Position numbers and translations under genes: made by a program
In this document: positions 23,001 to 38,000 of the stretch, one piece after another
How the letters are laid out: the number at the start of each line of letters is the position of its first letter
Position numbering within the stretch: the stretch's first letter is position 1
The notes under the pieces: generated by a model
Database searches by the model: none
Told to the model about the DNA's origin: nothing
The model's input: only the letters and a program-made list of their open reading frames with translations
DNA from: Auanema rhodensis
Taxonomy: Eukaryota > Animalia > Nematoda
Length of the DNA stretch: 64,000 bases
Reading direction: 5' to 3'
Assembly (NCBI GenBank): GCA_964057225.1
Contig: OZ059896.1
Location: forward strand, 434,001 to 498,000

Positions 23001-26000
23001 GAATCTAATTTTGAAAACCGCATCTCTTTATCTTTCACGTGAAGCGAGTTACATACCAAGTGCACATCACGTGTACATTTAATTAGCATAAATTAAAGTT
23101 CACGTAAATTTCAAAGTCATGGTTACCATGAACCAATATCAATAAAAATTTGTTTTTAGACTACTATGGACATGGGGAATCTAATTTTGAAAACCGCATC
23201 TCTTTATCTTTCACGTGAAGCGAGTTACATACCAAGTGCACATCACGTGTACATTTAATTAGCATAAATTAAAGTTCACGTATATTTCAAAGTCTTGGTT
23301 ACCATGAACTAATATCAATAAAAATTTGTTTTTAGACTAATATGGACATGGGGAATCTAATTTTGAAAACCGCATCTCTTTATCTTTCACGTGAAGCGAG
23401 TTACATACCAAGTGCACATCACGTGTACATTTAATTAGCATAAATTAAAGTTCACGTAAATTTCAAAGTCATGGTTACCATGAAGCAATATCAATAAAAA
23501 TTTGTTTTTAGACTAATATGGACATGGGGAATCTAATTTTGAAAACCGCATCTCTTTATCTTTCACGTGAAGCGAGTTACATACCAAGTGCACATCACGT
23601 GTACATTTAATTAGCATAAATTAAAGTTCACGTAAATTTCAAAGTCATGGTTACCATGAACCAATATCAATAAAAATTTGTTTTTAGACTAATATGGACA
23701 TGGGGAATCTAATTTTGAAAACCGCATCTCTTTATCTTTCACGTGAAGCGAGTTACATACCAAGTGCACATCACGTGTACATTTAATTAGCATAAATTAA
23801 AGTTCACGTAAATTTCAAAGTCATGGTTACCATGAACCAATATCAATAAAAATTTGTTTTTAGACTAATATGGACATGGGGAATCTAATTTTGAAAACCG
23901 CATCTCTTTATCTTTCACGTGAAGCGAGTTACATACCAAGTGCACATCACGTGTACATTTAATTAGCATAAATTAAAGTTTACGTAAATTTCAAAGTCAT
24001 GGTTACCATGAACCAATATCAATAAAAATTTGTTTTTAGACTAATATGGACATGGGGAATCTAATTTTGAAAACCGCATCTCTTTATCTTTCACGTGAAG
24101 CGAGTTACATACCAAGTGCACACCACGTGTACATTTAATTAGCATAAATTAAAGTTCACGTAAATTTCAAAGTCATGGTTACCATGAACCAATATCAATA
24201 AAAATTTGTTTTTAGACTAATATGGACATGGGGAATCTAATTTTGAAAACCGCATCTCTTTATCTTTCACGTGAAGCGAGTTACATACCAAGTTCACATC
24301 ACGTGTACATTTAATTAGCATAAATTAAAGTTCACGTAAATTTCAAAGTCATGGTTACCATGAACCAATATCAATAAAAATTTGTTTTTAGACTAATATG
24401 GACATGAGGAATCTAATTTTGAAAACCGCATCTCTTCATCTTTCACGTGAAGCGAGTTACATACCAAGTGCACATCACGTGTACATTTAATTAGCATAAA
24501 TTAAAGTTCACGTAAAATTCAAAGTCATGGTTACCATGAACCAATATCAATAAAAATTTGTTTTTAGACTAATATGGACATGGGGAATCTAATTTTGAAA
24601 ACCGCATCTCTTTATCTTTCACGTGAAGCGAGTTACATACCAAGTGCACATCACGTGTACATTTAATTAGCATTAATTAAAGTTCACGTAAATTTCAAAG
24701 TCATGGTTACCATGAACCAATATCAATAAAAATTTGTTTTTAGACTAATATGGACATGGGGAATCTAATTTTGAAAACCGCATCTCTTTATCTTTCACGT
24801 GAAGCGAGTTACATACCAAGTGCACACCACGTGTACATTTAATTAGCATAAATTAAAGTTCACGTAAATTTCAAAGTCATGGTTACCATGAACCAATATC
24901 AATAAAAATTTGTTTTTAGACTAATATGGACATGGGGAATCTAATTTTGAAAACCGCATCTCTTTATCTTTCACGTGAAGCGAGTTACATACCAAGTGCA
25001 CATCACGTGTACATTTAATTAGTATAAATTAAAGTTCACGTAAATTTCAAAGTCATGGTTACCATGAACCAATATCAATAAAAATTTGTTTTTAGACTAA
25101 TATGGACATGGGGAATCTAATTTTGAAAACCGCATCTCTTTATCTTTCACGTGAAGCGAGTTACATACCAAGTGCACATCACGTGTACATTTAATTAGCA
25201 TAAATTAAAGTTCACGTAAATTTCAAAGTCATGGTTACCATGCACCAATATCAATAAAAAGTTGTTTTTAGACTAATATGGACATGGGGAATCTAATTTT
25301 GAAAACCGCATCTCTTTATCTTTCACGTGAAGCGAGTTATATACCAAGTGCACATCACGTGTACATTTAATTAGCATAAATTAAAGTTCACGTTAAATTC
25401 AAAGTCATGGTTACCATGAACCAATATCAATAAAAATTTGTTTTTAGACTAATATGGACATGGGGAATCTAATTTTGAAAACCGCATCTCTTTATCTTTC
25501 ATGTGAAGCGAGTTACATACCAAGTGCACATCACGTGTACATTTAATTAGCATAAATTAAAGTTCACGTAAATTTCAAAGTCATGGTTACCATGAACCAA
25601 TATCAATAAAAATTTGTTTTTAGACTAATATGGACATGGGGAATCTAATTTTGAAAACCGCATCTCTTTATCTTTCACGTGAAGCGAGTTACATACCAAG
25701 TGCACATCACGTGTACATTTAATTAGCATAAATTAAAGTTCACGTAAATTTCAAAGTCATGGTTACCATGAACCAATATCAATAAAAATTTGTTTTTAGA
25801 CTAATATGGACATGGTGAATCTAATTTTGAAAACCGCATCTCTTTATCTTTCACGTGAAGCGAGTTACATACCAAGTGCACATCACGTGTACATTTAATT
25901 AGCATAAATTAAAGTTCACGTAAATTTCAAAGTCATGGTTACCATGCACCAATATCAATAAAAATTTGTTTTTAGACTAATATGGACATGGGGAATCTAA

Positions 26001-29000
26001 TTTTGAAAACCGCATCTCTTTATCTTTCACGTGAAGCGAGTTACATACCAAGTGCACATCACGTGTACATTTAATTAGCATAAATTAAAGTTCACGTAAA
26101 ATTCAAAGTCATGGTTACCATGAACCAATATCAATAAAAATTTGTTTTTAGACTAATATGGACATGGGGAATCTAATTTTAAAAACCGCATCTCTTTATC
26201 TTTCACGTGAAGCGAGTTACATACCAAGTGCACATCACGTGTACATTTAATTAGCATAAATTAAAGTTCACGTAAATTTCAAAGTCATGGTTACCATGAA
26301 CCAATATCAATAAAAATTTGTTTTTAGACTAATATGGACATGGGGAATCTAATTTTGAAAACCGCATCTCTTCATCTTTCACGTGAAGCGAGTTACATAC
26401 CAAGTGCACATCACGTGTACATTTAATTAGCATAAATTAAAGTTCACGTAAATTTCAAAGTCATGGTTACCATGCACCAATATCAATAAAAATTTGTTTT
26501 TAGACTAATATGGACATGGAGAATCTAATTTTGAAAACCGCATCTCTTTATCTTTCACGTGAAGCGAGTTACATACCATGTGCACATCACGTGTACATTT
26601 AATTAGCATAAATTAAAGTTCACGTAAATTTCAAAGTCATGGTTACCATGAACCAATATCAATAAAAATCTGTTTTTAGACTAATATGGACATGGGGAAT
26701 CTAATTTTGAAAACCGCATCTCTTTATCTTTCACGTGAAGCGAGTTACATACCAAGTGCACATCACGTGTACATTTAATTAGCATAAATTAAAGTTCACG
26801 TAAATTTCAAAGTCATGGTTACCATGAACAAATATCAATAAAAATTTGTTTTTAGACTAATATGGACATGGGGAATCTAATTTTGAAAACTGCATCTCTT
26901 TATCTTTCACGTGAAGCGAGTTACATACCAAGTGCACATCACGTGTACATTTAATTAGCATAAATTAAAGTTCACGTAAATTTCAAAGTCATGGTTACCA
27001 TGAACCAATATCAATAAAAATTTGTTTTTAGACTAATATGGACATGGGGAATCTAATTTTGAAAACCGCATCTCTTTATCTTTCACGTGAAGCGAGTTAC
27101 ATACCAAGTGCACATCACGTGTACATTTAATTAGCATAAATTAAAGTTCACGTAAATTTCAAAGTCATGGTTACCATGAACCAATATCAATAAAAATTTG
27201 TTTTTAGACTAATATGGACATGGGGAATCTAATTTTGAAAACCGCATCTCTTTATCTTTCACGTGAAGCGAGTTACATACCAAGTGCACATCACGTGTAC
27301 ATTTAATTAGCATAAATTAAAGTTCACGTAAATTTCAAAGTCATGGTTACCATGCACCAATATCAATAAAAATTTGTTTTTAGACTAATATGGACATGGG
27401 GAATCTAATTTTGAAAACCGCATCTCTTTATCTTTCACGTGAAGCGAGTTACATACCAAGTGCACATCACGTGTACATTTAATTAGCATAAATTAAAGTT
27501 CACGTAAATTTCAAAGTCATGGTTACCATGCACCAATATCAATAAAAATTTGTTTTTAGACTAATATGGACATGGGGAATCTAATTTTGAAAACCGCATC
27601 TCTTTATCTTTCACGTGAAGCGAGTTACATACCAAGTGCACATCACGTGTACATTTAATTAGCATAAATTAAAGTTCACGTAAATTTCAAAGTCATGGTT
27701 ACCATGAACCAATATCAATAAAAATTTGTTTTTAGACTAATATGGACATGGGGAATCTAATTTTGAAAACCGCATCTCTTTATCTTTCACGTGAAGCGAG
27801 TTACATACCAAGTGCACATCACGTGTACATTTAATTAGCATAAATTAAAGTTCACGTAAATTTCAAAGTCATGGTTACCATGAACTAATATCAATAAAAA
27901 TTTGTTTTTAGACTAATATGGACATGGGGAATCTAATTTTGAAAACCGCATCTCTTTATCTTTCACGTGAAGCGAGTTACATACCAAGTGCACATCACGT
28001 GTACATTTAATTAGCATAAATTAAAGTTCACGTAAATTTCAAAGTCATGGTTACCATGAACTAATATCAATAAAAATTTGTGTTTAGACTAATATGGACA
28101 TGGGGAATCTAATTTTGAAAACCGCATATCTTTATCTTTCACGTGAAGCGAGTTACATACCAAGTGCACATCACGTGTACATTTAATTAGCATAAATTAA
28201 AGTTCACGTAAATTTCAAAGTCATGGTTACCATGAAGCAATATCAATAAAAATTTGTTTTTAGACTAATATGGACAGGGGGAATCTAATTTTGAAAACCG
28301 CATCTCTTTATCTTTCACGTGAAGCGAGTTACATACCAAGTGCACATCACGTGTACATTTAATTAGCATAAATTAAAGTTCACGTAAATTTCAAAGTCAT
28401 GGTTACCATGAACCAATATCAATAAAAATTTGTTTTTAGACTAATATGGACATGGGGAATCTAATTTTGAAAACCGCATCTCTTTATCTTTCACGTGAAG
28501 CGAGTTACATACCAAGTGCACATCACGTGTACATTTAATTAGCATAAATTAAAGTTCACGTAAATTTCAAAGTCATGGTTACCATGAACCAATATCAATA
28601 AAAATTTGTTTTTAGACTAATATGGACATGGGGAATCTAATTTTGAAAACCGCATATCTTTATCTTTCACGTGAAGCGAGTTACATACCAAGTGCACATC
28701 ACGTGTACATTTAATTAGCATAAATTAAAGTTCACGTAAATTTCAAAGTCATGGTTACCATGAAGCAATATCAATAAAAATTTGTTTTTAGACTAATATG
28801 GACAGGGGGAATCTAATTTTGAAAACCGCATCTCTTTATCTTTCACGTGAAGCGAGTTACATACCAAGTGCACATCACGTGTACATTTAATTAGCATAAA
28901 TTAAAGTTCACGTAAATTTCAAAGTCATGGTTACCATGAACCAATATCAATAAAAATTTGTTTTTAGACTAATATGGACATGGGGAATCTAATTTTGAAA

Positions 29001-32000
29001 ACCGCATCTCTTTATCTTTCACGTGAAGCGAGTTACATACCAAGTGCACATCACGTGTACATTTAATTAGCATAAATTAAAGTTCACGTAAATTTCAAAG
29101 TCATGGTTACCATGCACCAATATCAATGAAAATTTGTTTTTAGACTAATATGGACATGAGGAATCTAATTTTGAAAACCGCATCTCTTTATCTTTCACGT
29201 GAAGCGAGTTACATACCAAGTGCACATCACGTGTACATTTAATTAGCATAAATTAAAGTTCACGTAAATTTCAAAGTCATGGTTACCATGAACCAATATC
29301 AATAAAAATTTGTTTTTAGACTAATATGGACATGGGGAATCTAATTTTGAAAACCGCATCTCTTTATCTTTCACGTGAAGCGAGTTACATACCAAGTGCA
29401 CATCACGTGTACATTTAATTAGCATAAATTAAAGTTCACGTAAATTTCAAAGTCATGGTTACCATGCACCAATATCAATGAAAATTTGTTTTTAGACTAA
29501 TATGGACATGAGGAATCTAATTTTGAAAACCGCATCTCTTTATCTTTCACGTGAAGCGAGTTACATACCAAGTGCACATCACGTGTACATTTAATTAGCA
29601 TAAATTAAAGTTCACGTAAATTTCAAAGTCATGGTTACCATGAAGCAATATCAATAAAAATTTGTTTTTAGACTAATATGGACATGGGGAATCTAATTTT
29701 GAAAACCGCATCTCTTTATCTTTCACGTGAAGCGAGTTACATACCAAGTGCACATCACGTGTACATTCAATTAGCATAAATTAAAGTTCACGTAAATTTC
29801 AAAGTCATGGTTACCATGAACTAATATCAATAAAAATTTGTGTTTAGACTAATATGGACATGGGGAATCTAATTTTGAAAACCGCATATCTTTATCTTTC
29901 ACGTGAAGCGAGTTACATACCAAGTGCACATCACGTGTACATTTAATTAGCATAAATTAAAGTTCACGTAAATTTCAAAGTCATGGTTACCATGAACCAA
30001 TATCAATAAAAATTTGTTTTTAGACTAATATGGACATGGGGAATCTAATTTTGAAAACCGCATCTCTTTATCTTTCACGTGAAGCGAGTTACATACCAAG
30101 TGCACATCACGTGTACATTTAATTAGCATAAATTAAAGTTCACGTAAATTTCAAAGTCATGGTTACCATGAACCAATATCAATAAAAATTTGTTTTTAGA
30201 CTAATATGGACATGGGGAATCTAATTTTGAAAACCGCATATCTTTATCTTTCACGTGAAGCGAGTTACATACCAAGTGCACATCACGTGTACATTTAATT
30301 AGCATAAATTAAAGTTCACGTAAATTTCAAAGTCATGGTTACCATGAAGCAATATCAATAAAAATTTGTTTTTAGACTAATATGGACAGGGGGAATCTAA
30401 TTTTGAAAACCGCATCTCTTTATCTTTCACGTGAAGCGAGTTACATACCAAGTGCACATCACGTGTACATTTAATTAGCATAAATTAAAGTTCACGTAAA
30501 TTTCAAAGTCATGGTTACCATGAACCAATATCAATAAAAATTTGTTTTTAGACTAATATGGACATGGGGAATCTAATTTTGAAAACCGCATCTCTTTATC
30601 TTTCACGTGAAGCGAGTTACATACCAAGTGCACATCACGTGTACATTTAATTAGCATAAATTAAAGTTCACGTAAATTTCAAAGTCATGGTTACCATGCA
30701 CCAATATCAATGAAAATTTGTTTTTAGACTAATATGGACATGAGGAATCTAATTTTGAAAACCGCATCTCTTTATCTTTCACGTGAAGCGAGTTACATAC
30801 CAAGTGCACATCACGTGTACATTTAATTAGCATAAATTAAAGTTCACGTAAATTTCAAAGTCATGGTTACCATGAACCAATATCAATAAAAATTTGTTTT
30901 TAGACTAATATGGACATGGGGAATCTAATTTTGAAAACCGCATCTCTTTATCTTTCACGTGAAGCGAGTTACATACCAAGTGCACATCACGTGTACATTT
31001 AATTAGCATAAATTAAAGTTCACGTAAATTTCAAAGTCATGGTTACCATGCACCAATATCAATGAAAATTTGTTTTTAGACTAATATGGACATGAGGAAT
31101 CTAATTTTGAAAACCGCATCTCTTTATCTTTCACGTGAAGCGAGTTACATACCAAGTGCACATCACGTGTACATTTAATTAGCATAAATTAAAGTTCACG
31201 TAAAATTCAAAGTCATGGTTACCATGCACCAATATTAATAAAAATTTGTTTTTAGACTAATATGGACATGGGGAATCTAATTTTGAAAACCGCATCTCTT
31301 TATCTTTCACGTGAAGCGAGTTACATACCAAGTGCACATCACGTGTACATTTAATTAGCATAAATTAAAGTTCACGTAAATTTCAAAGTCATGGTTACCA
31401 TGAAGCAATATCAATAAAAATTTGTTTTTAGACTAATATGGACATGGGGAATCTAATTTTGAAAACCGCATCTCTTTATCTTTCACGTGAAGCGAGTTAC
31501 ATACCAAGTGCACATCACGTGTACATTTAATTAGCATAAATTAAAGTTCACGTAAATTTCAAAGTCATGGTTACCATGAACCAATATCAATAAAAATTTG
31601 TTTTTAGACTAATATGGACATGGGGAATCTAATTTTGAAAACCGCATCTCTTTATCTTTCACGTGAAGCGAGTTACATACCAAGTGCACATCACGTGTAC
31701 ATTTAATTAGCATAAATTAAAGTTCACGTAAATTTCAAAGTCATGGTTACCATGCACCAATATCAATGAAAATTTGTTTTCAGACTAATATGGACATGAG
31801 GAATCTAATTTTGAAAACCGCATCTCTTTATCTTTCACGTGAAGCGAGTTACATACCAAGTGCACATCACGTGTACATTTAATTAGCATAAATTAAAGTT
31901 CACGTAAATTTCAAAGTCATGGTTACCATGCACCAATATCAATAAAAATTTGTTTTTAGACTAATATGGACATGGGGAATCTAATTTTGAAAACCGCATC

Positions 32001-35000
32001 TCTTTATCTTTCACGTGAAGCGAGTTACATACCAAGTGCACATCACGTGTACATTTAATTAGCATAAATTAAAGTTCACGTAAATTTCAAAGTCATGGTT
32101 ACCATGCACCAATATCAATAAAAATTTGTTTTTAGACTAATATGGACATGGGGAATCTAATTTTGAAAACTGCATCTCTTTATCTTTCACGTGAAGCGAG
32201 TTACATACCAAGTGCACATCACGTGTACATTTAATTAGCATAAATTAAAGTTCACGTAAATTTCAAAGTCATGGTTACCATGAACCAATATCAATAAAAA
32301 TTTGTTTTTAGACTAATATGGACATGGGGAATCTAATTTTGAAAACCGCATCTCTTTATCTTTCACGTGAAGCGAGTTACATACCAAGTGCACATCACGT
32401 GTACATTTAATTAGCATAAATTAAAGTTCACGTAAATTTCAAAGTCATGGTTACCATGAACCAATATCAATAAAAATTTGTTTTTAGACTAATATGGACA
32501 TGGGGAATCTAATTTTGAAAACCGCATCTCTTTATCTTTCACGTGAAGCGAGTTACATACCAAGTGCACATCACGTGTACATTTAATTAGCATAAATTAA
32601 AGTTCACGTAAAATTCAAAGTCATGGTTACCATGCACCAATATCAATAAAAATTTGTTTTTAGACTAATATGGACATGGGGAATCTAATTTTGAAAACCG
32701 CATCTCTTTATCTTTCACGTGAAGCGAGTTACATACCAAGTGCACATCACGTGTACATTTAATTAGCATAAATTAAAGTTCACGTAAATTTCAAAGTCAT
32801 GGTTACCATGAAGCAATATCAATAAAAATTTGTTTTTAGACTAATATGGACATGGGGAATCTAATTTTGAAAACCGCATCTCTTTATCTTTCACGTGAAG
32901 CGAGTTACATACCAAGTGCACATCACGTGTACATTTAATTAGCATAAATTAAAGTTCACGTAAATTTCAAAGTCATGGTTACCATGAACCAATATCAATA
33001 AAAATTTGTTTTTAGACTAATATGGACATGGGGAATCTAATTTTGAAAACCGCATCTCTTTATCTTTCACGTGAAGCGAGTTACATACCAAGTGCACATC
33101 ACGTGTACATTTAATTAGCATAAATTAAAGTTCACGTAAATTTCAAAGTCATGGTTACCATGAAGCAATATCAATAAAAATTTGTTTTTAGACTAATATG
33201 GACATGGGGAATCTAATTTTGAAAACCGCATCTCTTTATCTTTCACGTGAAGCGAGTTACATACCAAGTGCACATCACGTGTACATTTAATTAGCATAAA
33301 TTAAAGTTCACGTAAATTTCAAAGTCATGGTTACCATGAACCAATATCAATAAAAATTTGTTTTTAGACTAATATGGACATGGGGAATCTAATTTTGAAA
33401 ACCGCATCTCTTTATCTTTCACGTGAAGCGAGTTACATACCAAGTGCACATCACGTGTACATTTAATTAGCATAAATTAAAGTTCACGTAAATTTCAAAG
33501 TCATGGTTACCATGAAGCAATATCAATAAAAATTTGTTTTTAGACTAATATGGACATGGGGAATCTAATTTTGAAAACCGCATCTCTTTATCTTTCACGT
33601 GAAGCGAGTTACATACCAAGTGCACATCACGTGTACATTTAATTAGCATAAATTAAAGTTCACGTAAATTTCAAAGTCATGGTTAACATGAAGCAATATC
33701 AATAAAAATTTGTTTTTAGACTAATATGGACATGGGGAATCTAAATTTGAAAACCGCATCTCTTTATCATTCACGTGAAGCAAGTTACATACCAAGTGCA
33801 CATCACGTGTACATTTAATTAGCATGAATTAAAGTTCACGTAAATTTCAAAGTCATGGTTACCATGCACCAATATCAATAAAAATTTGTTTTTAGACTAA
33901 TATGGACATGGGGAATCTAATTTTGAAAACCGCATCTCTTTATCTTTCACGTGAAGCGAGTTACATACCAAGTGCACATCACGTGTACATTTAATTAGCA
34001 TAAATTAAAGTTCACGTAAATTTCAAAGTCATGGTTACCATGAACCAATATCAATAAAAATTTGTTTTTAGACTAATATGGACATGGGGAATCTAATTTT
34101 GAAAACCGCATCTCTTTATCTTTCACGTGAAGCGAGTTACATACCAAGTGCACATCACGTGTACATTTAATTAGCATGAATTAAAGTTCACGTAAATTTC
34201 AAAGTCATGGTTACCATGCACCAATATCAATAAAAATTTGTTTTTAGACTAATATGGACATGGGGAATCTAATTTTGAAAACCGCATCTCTTTATCTTTC
34301 ACGTGAAGCGAGTTACATACCAAGTGCACATCACGTGTACATTTAATTAGCATAAATTAAAGTTCACGTAAATTTCAAAGTCATGGTTACCATGCACCAA
34401 TATCAATAAAAATTTGTTTTTAGACTAATATGGACATGGGGAATCTAATTTTGAAAACCGCATCTCTTTATCTTTCACGTGAAGCGAGTTACATACCAAG
34501 TGCACATCACGTGTACATTTAATTAGCATAAATTAAAGTTCACGTAAATTTCAAAGTCATGGTTACCATGAAGCAATATCAATAAAAATTTGTTTTTAGA
34601 CTAATATGGACATGGGGAATCTAAATTTGAAAACCGCATCTCTTTATCATTCACGTGAAGCAAGTTACATACCAAGTGCACATCACGTGTACATTTAATT
34701 AGCATGAATTAAAGTTCACGTAAATTTCAAAGTCATGGTTACCATGCACCAATATCAATAAAAATTTGTTTTTAGACTAATATGGACATGGGGAATCTAA
34801 TTTTGAAAACCGCATCTCTTTATCTTTCACGTGAAGCGAGTTACATACCAAGTGCACATCACGTGTACATTTAATTAGCATAAATTAAAGTTCACGTAAA
34901 TTTCAAAGTCATGGTTACCATGAACCAATATCAATAAAAATTTGTTTTTAGACTAATATGGACATGGGGAATCTAATTTTGAAAACCGCATCTCTTTATC

Positions 35001-38000
35001 TTTCACGTGAAGCGAGTTACATACCAAGTGCACATCACGTGTACATTTAATTAGCATAAATTAAAGTTCACGTAAATTTCAAAGTCATGGTTACCATGAA
35101 CCAATATCAATAAAAATTTGTTTTTAGACTAATATGGACATGGGGAATCTAATTTTGAAAACCGCATCTCTTTATCTTTCACGTGAAGCGAGTTACATAC
35201 CAAGTGCACATCACGTGTACATTTAATTAGCATAAATTAAAGTTCACGTAAATTTCAAAGTCATGGTTACCATGAAGCAATATCAATAAAAATTTGTTTT
35301 TAGACTAATATGGACATGGGGAATCTAATTTTGAAAACCGCATCTCTTTATCTTTCACGTGAAGCGAGTTACATACCAAGTGCACATCACGTGTACATTT
35401 AATTAGCATAAATTAAAGTTCACGTAAATTTCAAAGTCATGGTTACCATGAAGCAATATCAATAAAAATTTGTTTTTAGACTAATATGGACATGGGGAAT
35501 CTAAATTTGAAAACCGCATCTCTTTATCATTCACGTGAAGCAAGTTACATACCAAGTGCACATCACGTGTACATTTAATTAGCATGAATTAAAGTTCACG
35601 TAAATTTCAAAGTCATGGTTACCATGCACCAATATCAATAAAAATTTGTTTTTAGACTAATATGGACATGGGGAATCTAATTTTGAAAACCGCATCTCTT
35701 TATCTTTCACGTGAAGCGAGTTACATACCAAGTGCACATCACGTGTACATTTAATTAGCATAAATTAAAGTTCACGTAAATTTCAAAGTCATGGTTACCA
35801 TGCACCAATATCAATAAAAATTTGTTTTTAGACTAATATGGACATGGGGAATCTAATTTTGAAAACCGCATCTCTTTATCGTTCACGTGAAGCGAGTTAC
35901 ATACCAAGTGCACATCACGTGTACATTTAATTAGCATAAATTAAAGTTCACGTAAATTTCAAAGTCATGGTTACCATGAACCAATATCAATAAAAATTTG
36001 TTTTTAGACTAATATGGACATGGGGAATCTAATTTTGGAAACCGCATCTCTTTATCTTTCACGTGAAGCGAGTTACATACCAAGTGCACATCACGTGTAC
36101 ATTTAATTAGCATAAATTAAAGTTCACGTAAATTTCAAAGTCATGGTTACCATGAACCAATATCAATAAAAATTTGTTTTTAGACTAATATGGACATGGG
36201 GAATCTAATTTTGGAAACCGCATCTCTTTATCTTTCACGTGAAGCGAGTTACATACCAAGTGCACATCACGTGTACATTTAATTAGCATAAATTAAAGTT
36301 CACGTAAATTTCAAAGTCATGGTTACCATGAAGCAATATCAATAAAAATTTGTTTTTAGACTAATATGGACATGGGGAATCTAATTTTGTAAACCGCATC
36401 TCTTTATCTTTCACGTGAAGCGAGTTACATACCAAGTGCACATCACGTGTACATTTAATTAGCATAAATTAAAGTTCACGTAAATTTCAAAGTCATGGTT
36501 ACCATGAACCAATATCAATAAAAATTTGTTTTTAGACTAATATGGACATGGGGAATCTAATTTTGAAAACCGCATCTCTTTATCTTTCACGTGAAGCGAG
36601 TTACATACCAAGTGCACATCACGTGTACATTTAATTAGCATAAATTAAAGTTCACGTAAATTTCAAAGTCATGGTTACCATGAAGCAATATCAAAAAAAA
36701 TTTGTTTTTAGACTAATATGGACATGGGGAATCTAATTTTGAAAACCGCATCTCTTTATCTTTCACGTGAAGCGAGTTACATACCAAGTGCACATCACGT
36801 GTACATTTAATTAGCATAAATTAAAGTTCACGTAAATTTCAAAGTCATGGTTACCATGCACCAATATCAATAAAAATTTGTTTTTAGACTAATATGGACA
36901 TGGGGAATCTAATTTTGTAAACCGCATCTCTTTATCTTTCACGTGAAGCGAGTTACATACCAAGTGCACATCACGTGTACATTTAATTAGCATAAATTAA
37001 AGTTCACGTAAATTTCAAAGTCATGGTTACCATGCACCAATATCAATAAAAATTTGTTTTTAGACTAATATGGACATGGGGAATCTAATTTTGAAAACCG
37101 CATCTCTTTATCTTTCACGTGAAGCGAGTTACATACCAAGTGCACATCACGTGTACATTTAATTAGCATAAATTAAAGTTCACGTAAATTTCAAAGTCAT
37201 GGTTACCATGAACCAATATCAATAAAAATTTGTTTTTAGACTAATATGGACATGGGGAATCTAATTTTGGAAACCGCATCTCTTTATCTTTCACGTGAAG
37301 CGAGTTACATACCAAGTGCACATCACGTGTACATTTAATTAGCATAAATTAAAGTTCACGTAAATTTCAAAGTCATGGTTACCATGAACCAATATCAATA
37401 AAAATTTGTTTTTAGACTAATATGGACATGGGGAATCTAATTTTGGAAACCGCATCTCTTTATCTTTCACGTGAAGCGAGTTACATACCAAGTGCACATC
37501 ACGTGTACATTTAATTAGCATAAATTAAAGTTCACGTAAATTTCAAAGTCATGGTTACCATGAAGCAATATCAATAAAAATTTGTTTTTAGACTAATATG
37601 GACATGGGGAATCTAATTTTGAAAACCGCATCTCTTCATCTTTCACGTGAAGCGAGTTACATACCAAGTGCACATCACGTGTACATTTAATTAGCATAAA
37701 TTAAAGTTCACGTAAATTTCAAAGTCATGGTTACCATGAACCAATATCAATAAAAATTTGTTTTTAGACTAATATGGACATGGGGAATCTAATTTTGAAA
37801 ACCGCATCTCTTTATCTTTCACGTGAAGCGAGTTACATACCAAGTGCACATCACGTGTACATTTAATTAGCATAAATTAAAGTTCACGTAAATTTCAAAG
37901 TCATGGTTACCATGAAGCAATATCAATAAAAATTTGTTTTTAGACTAATATGGACATGGGGAATCTAATTTTGAAAACCGCATCTCTTTATCTTTCACGT

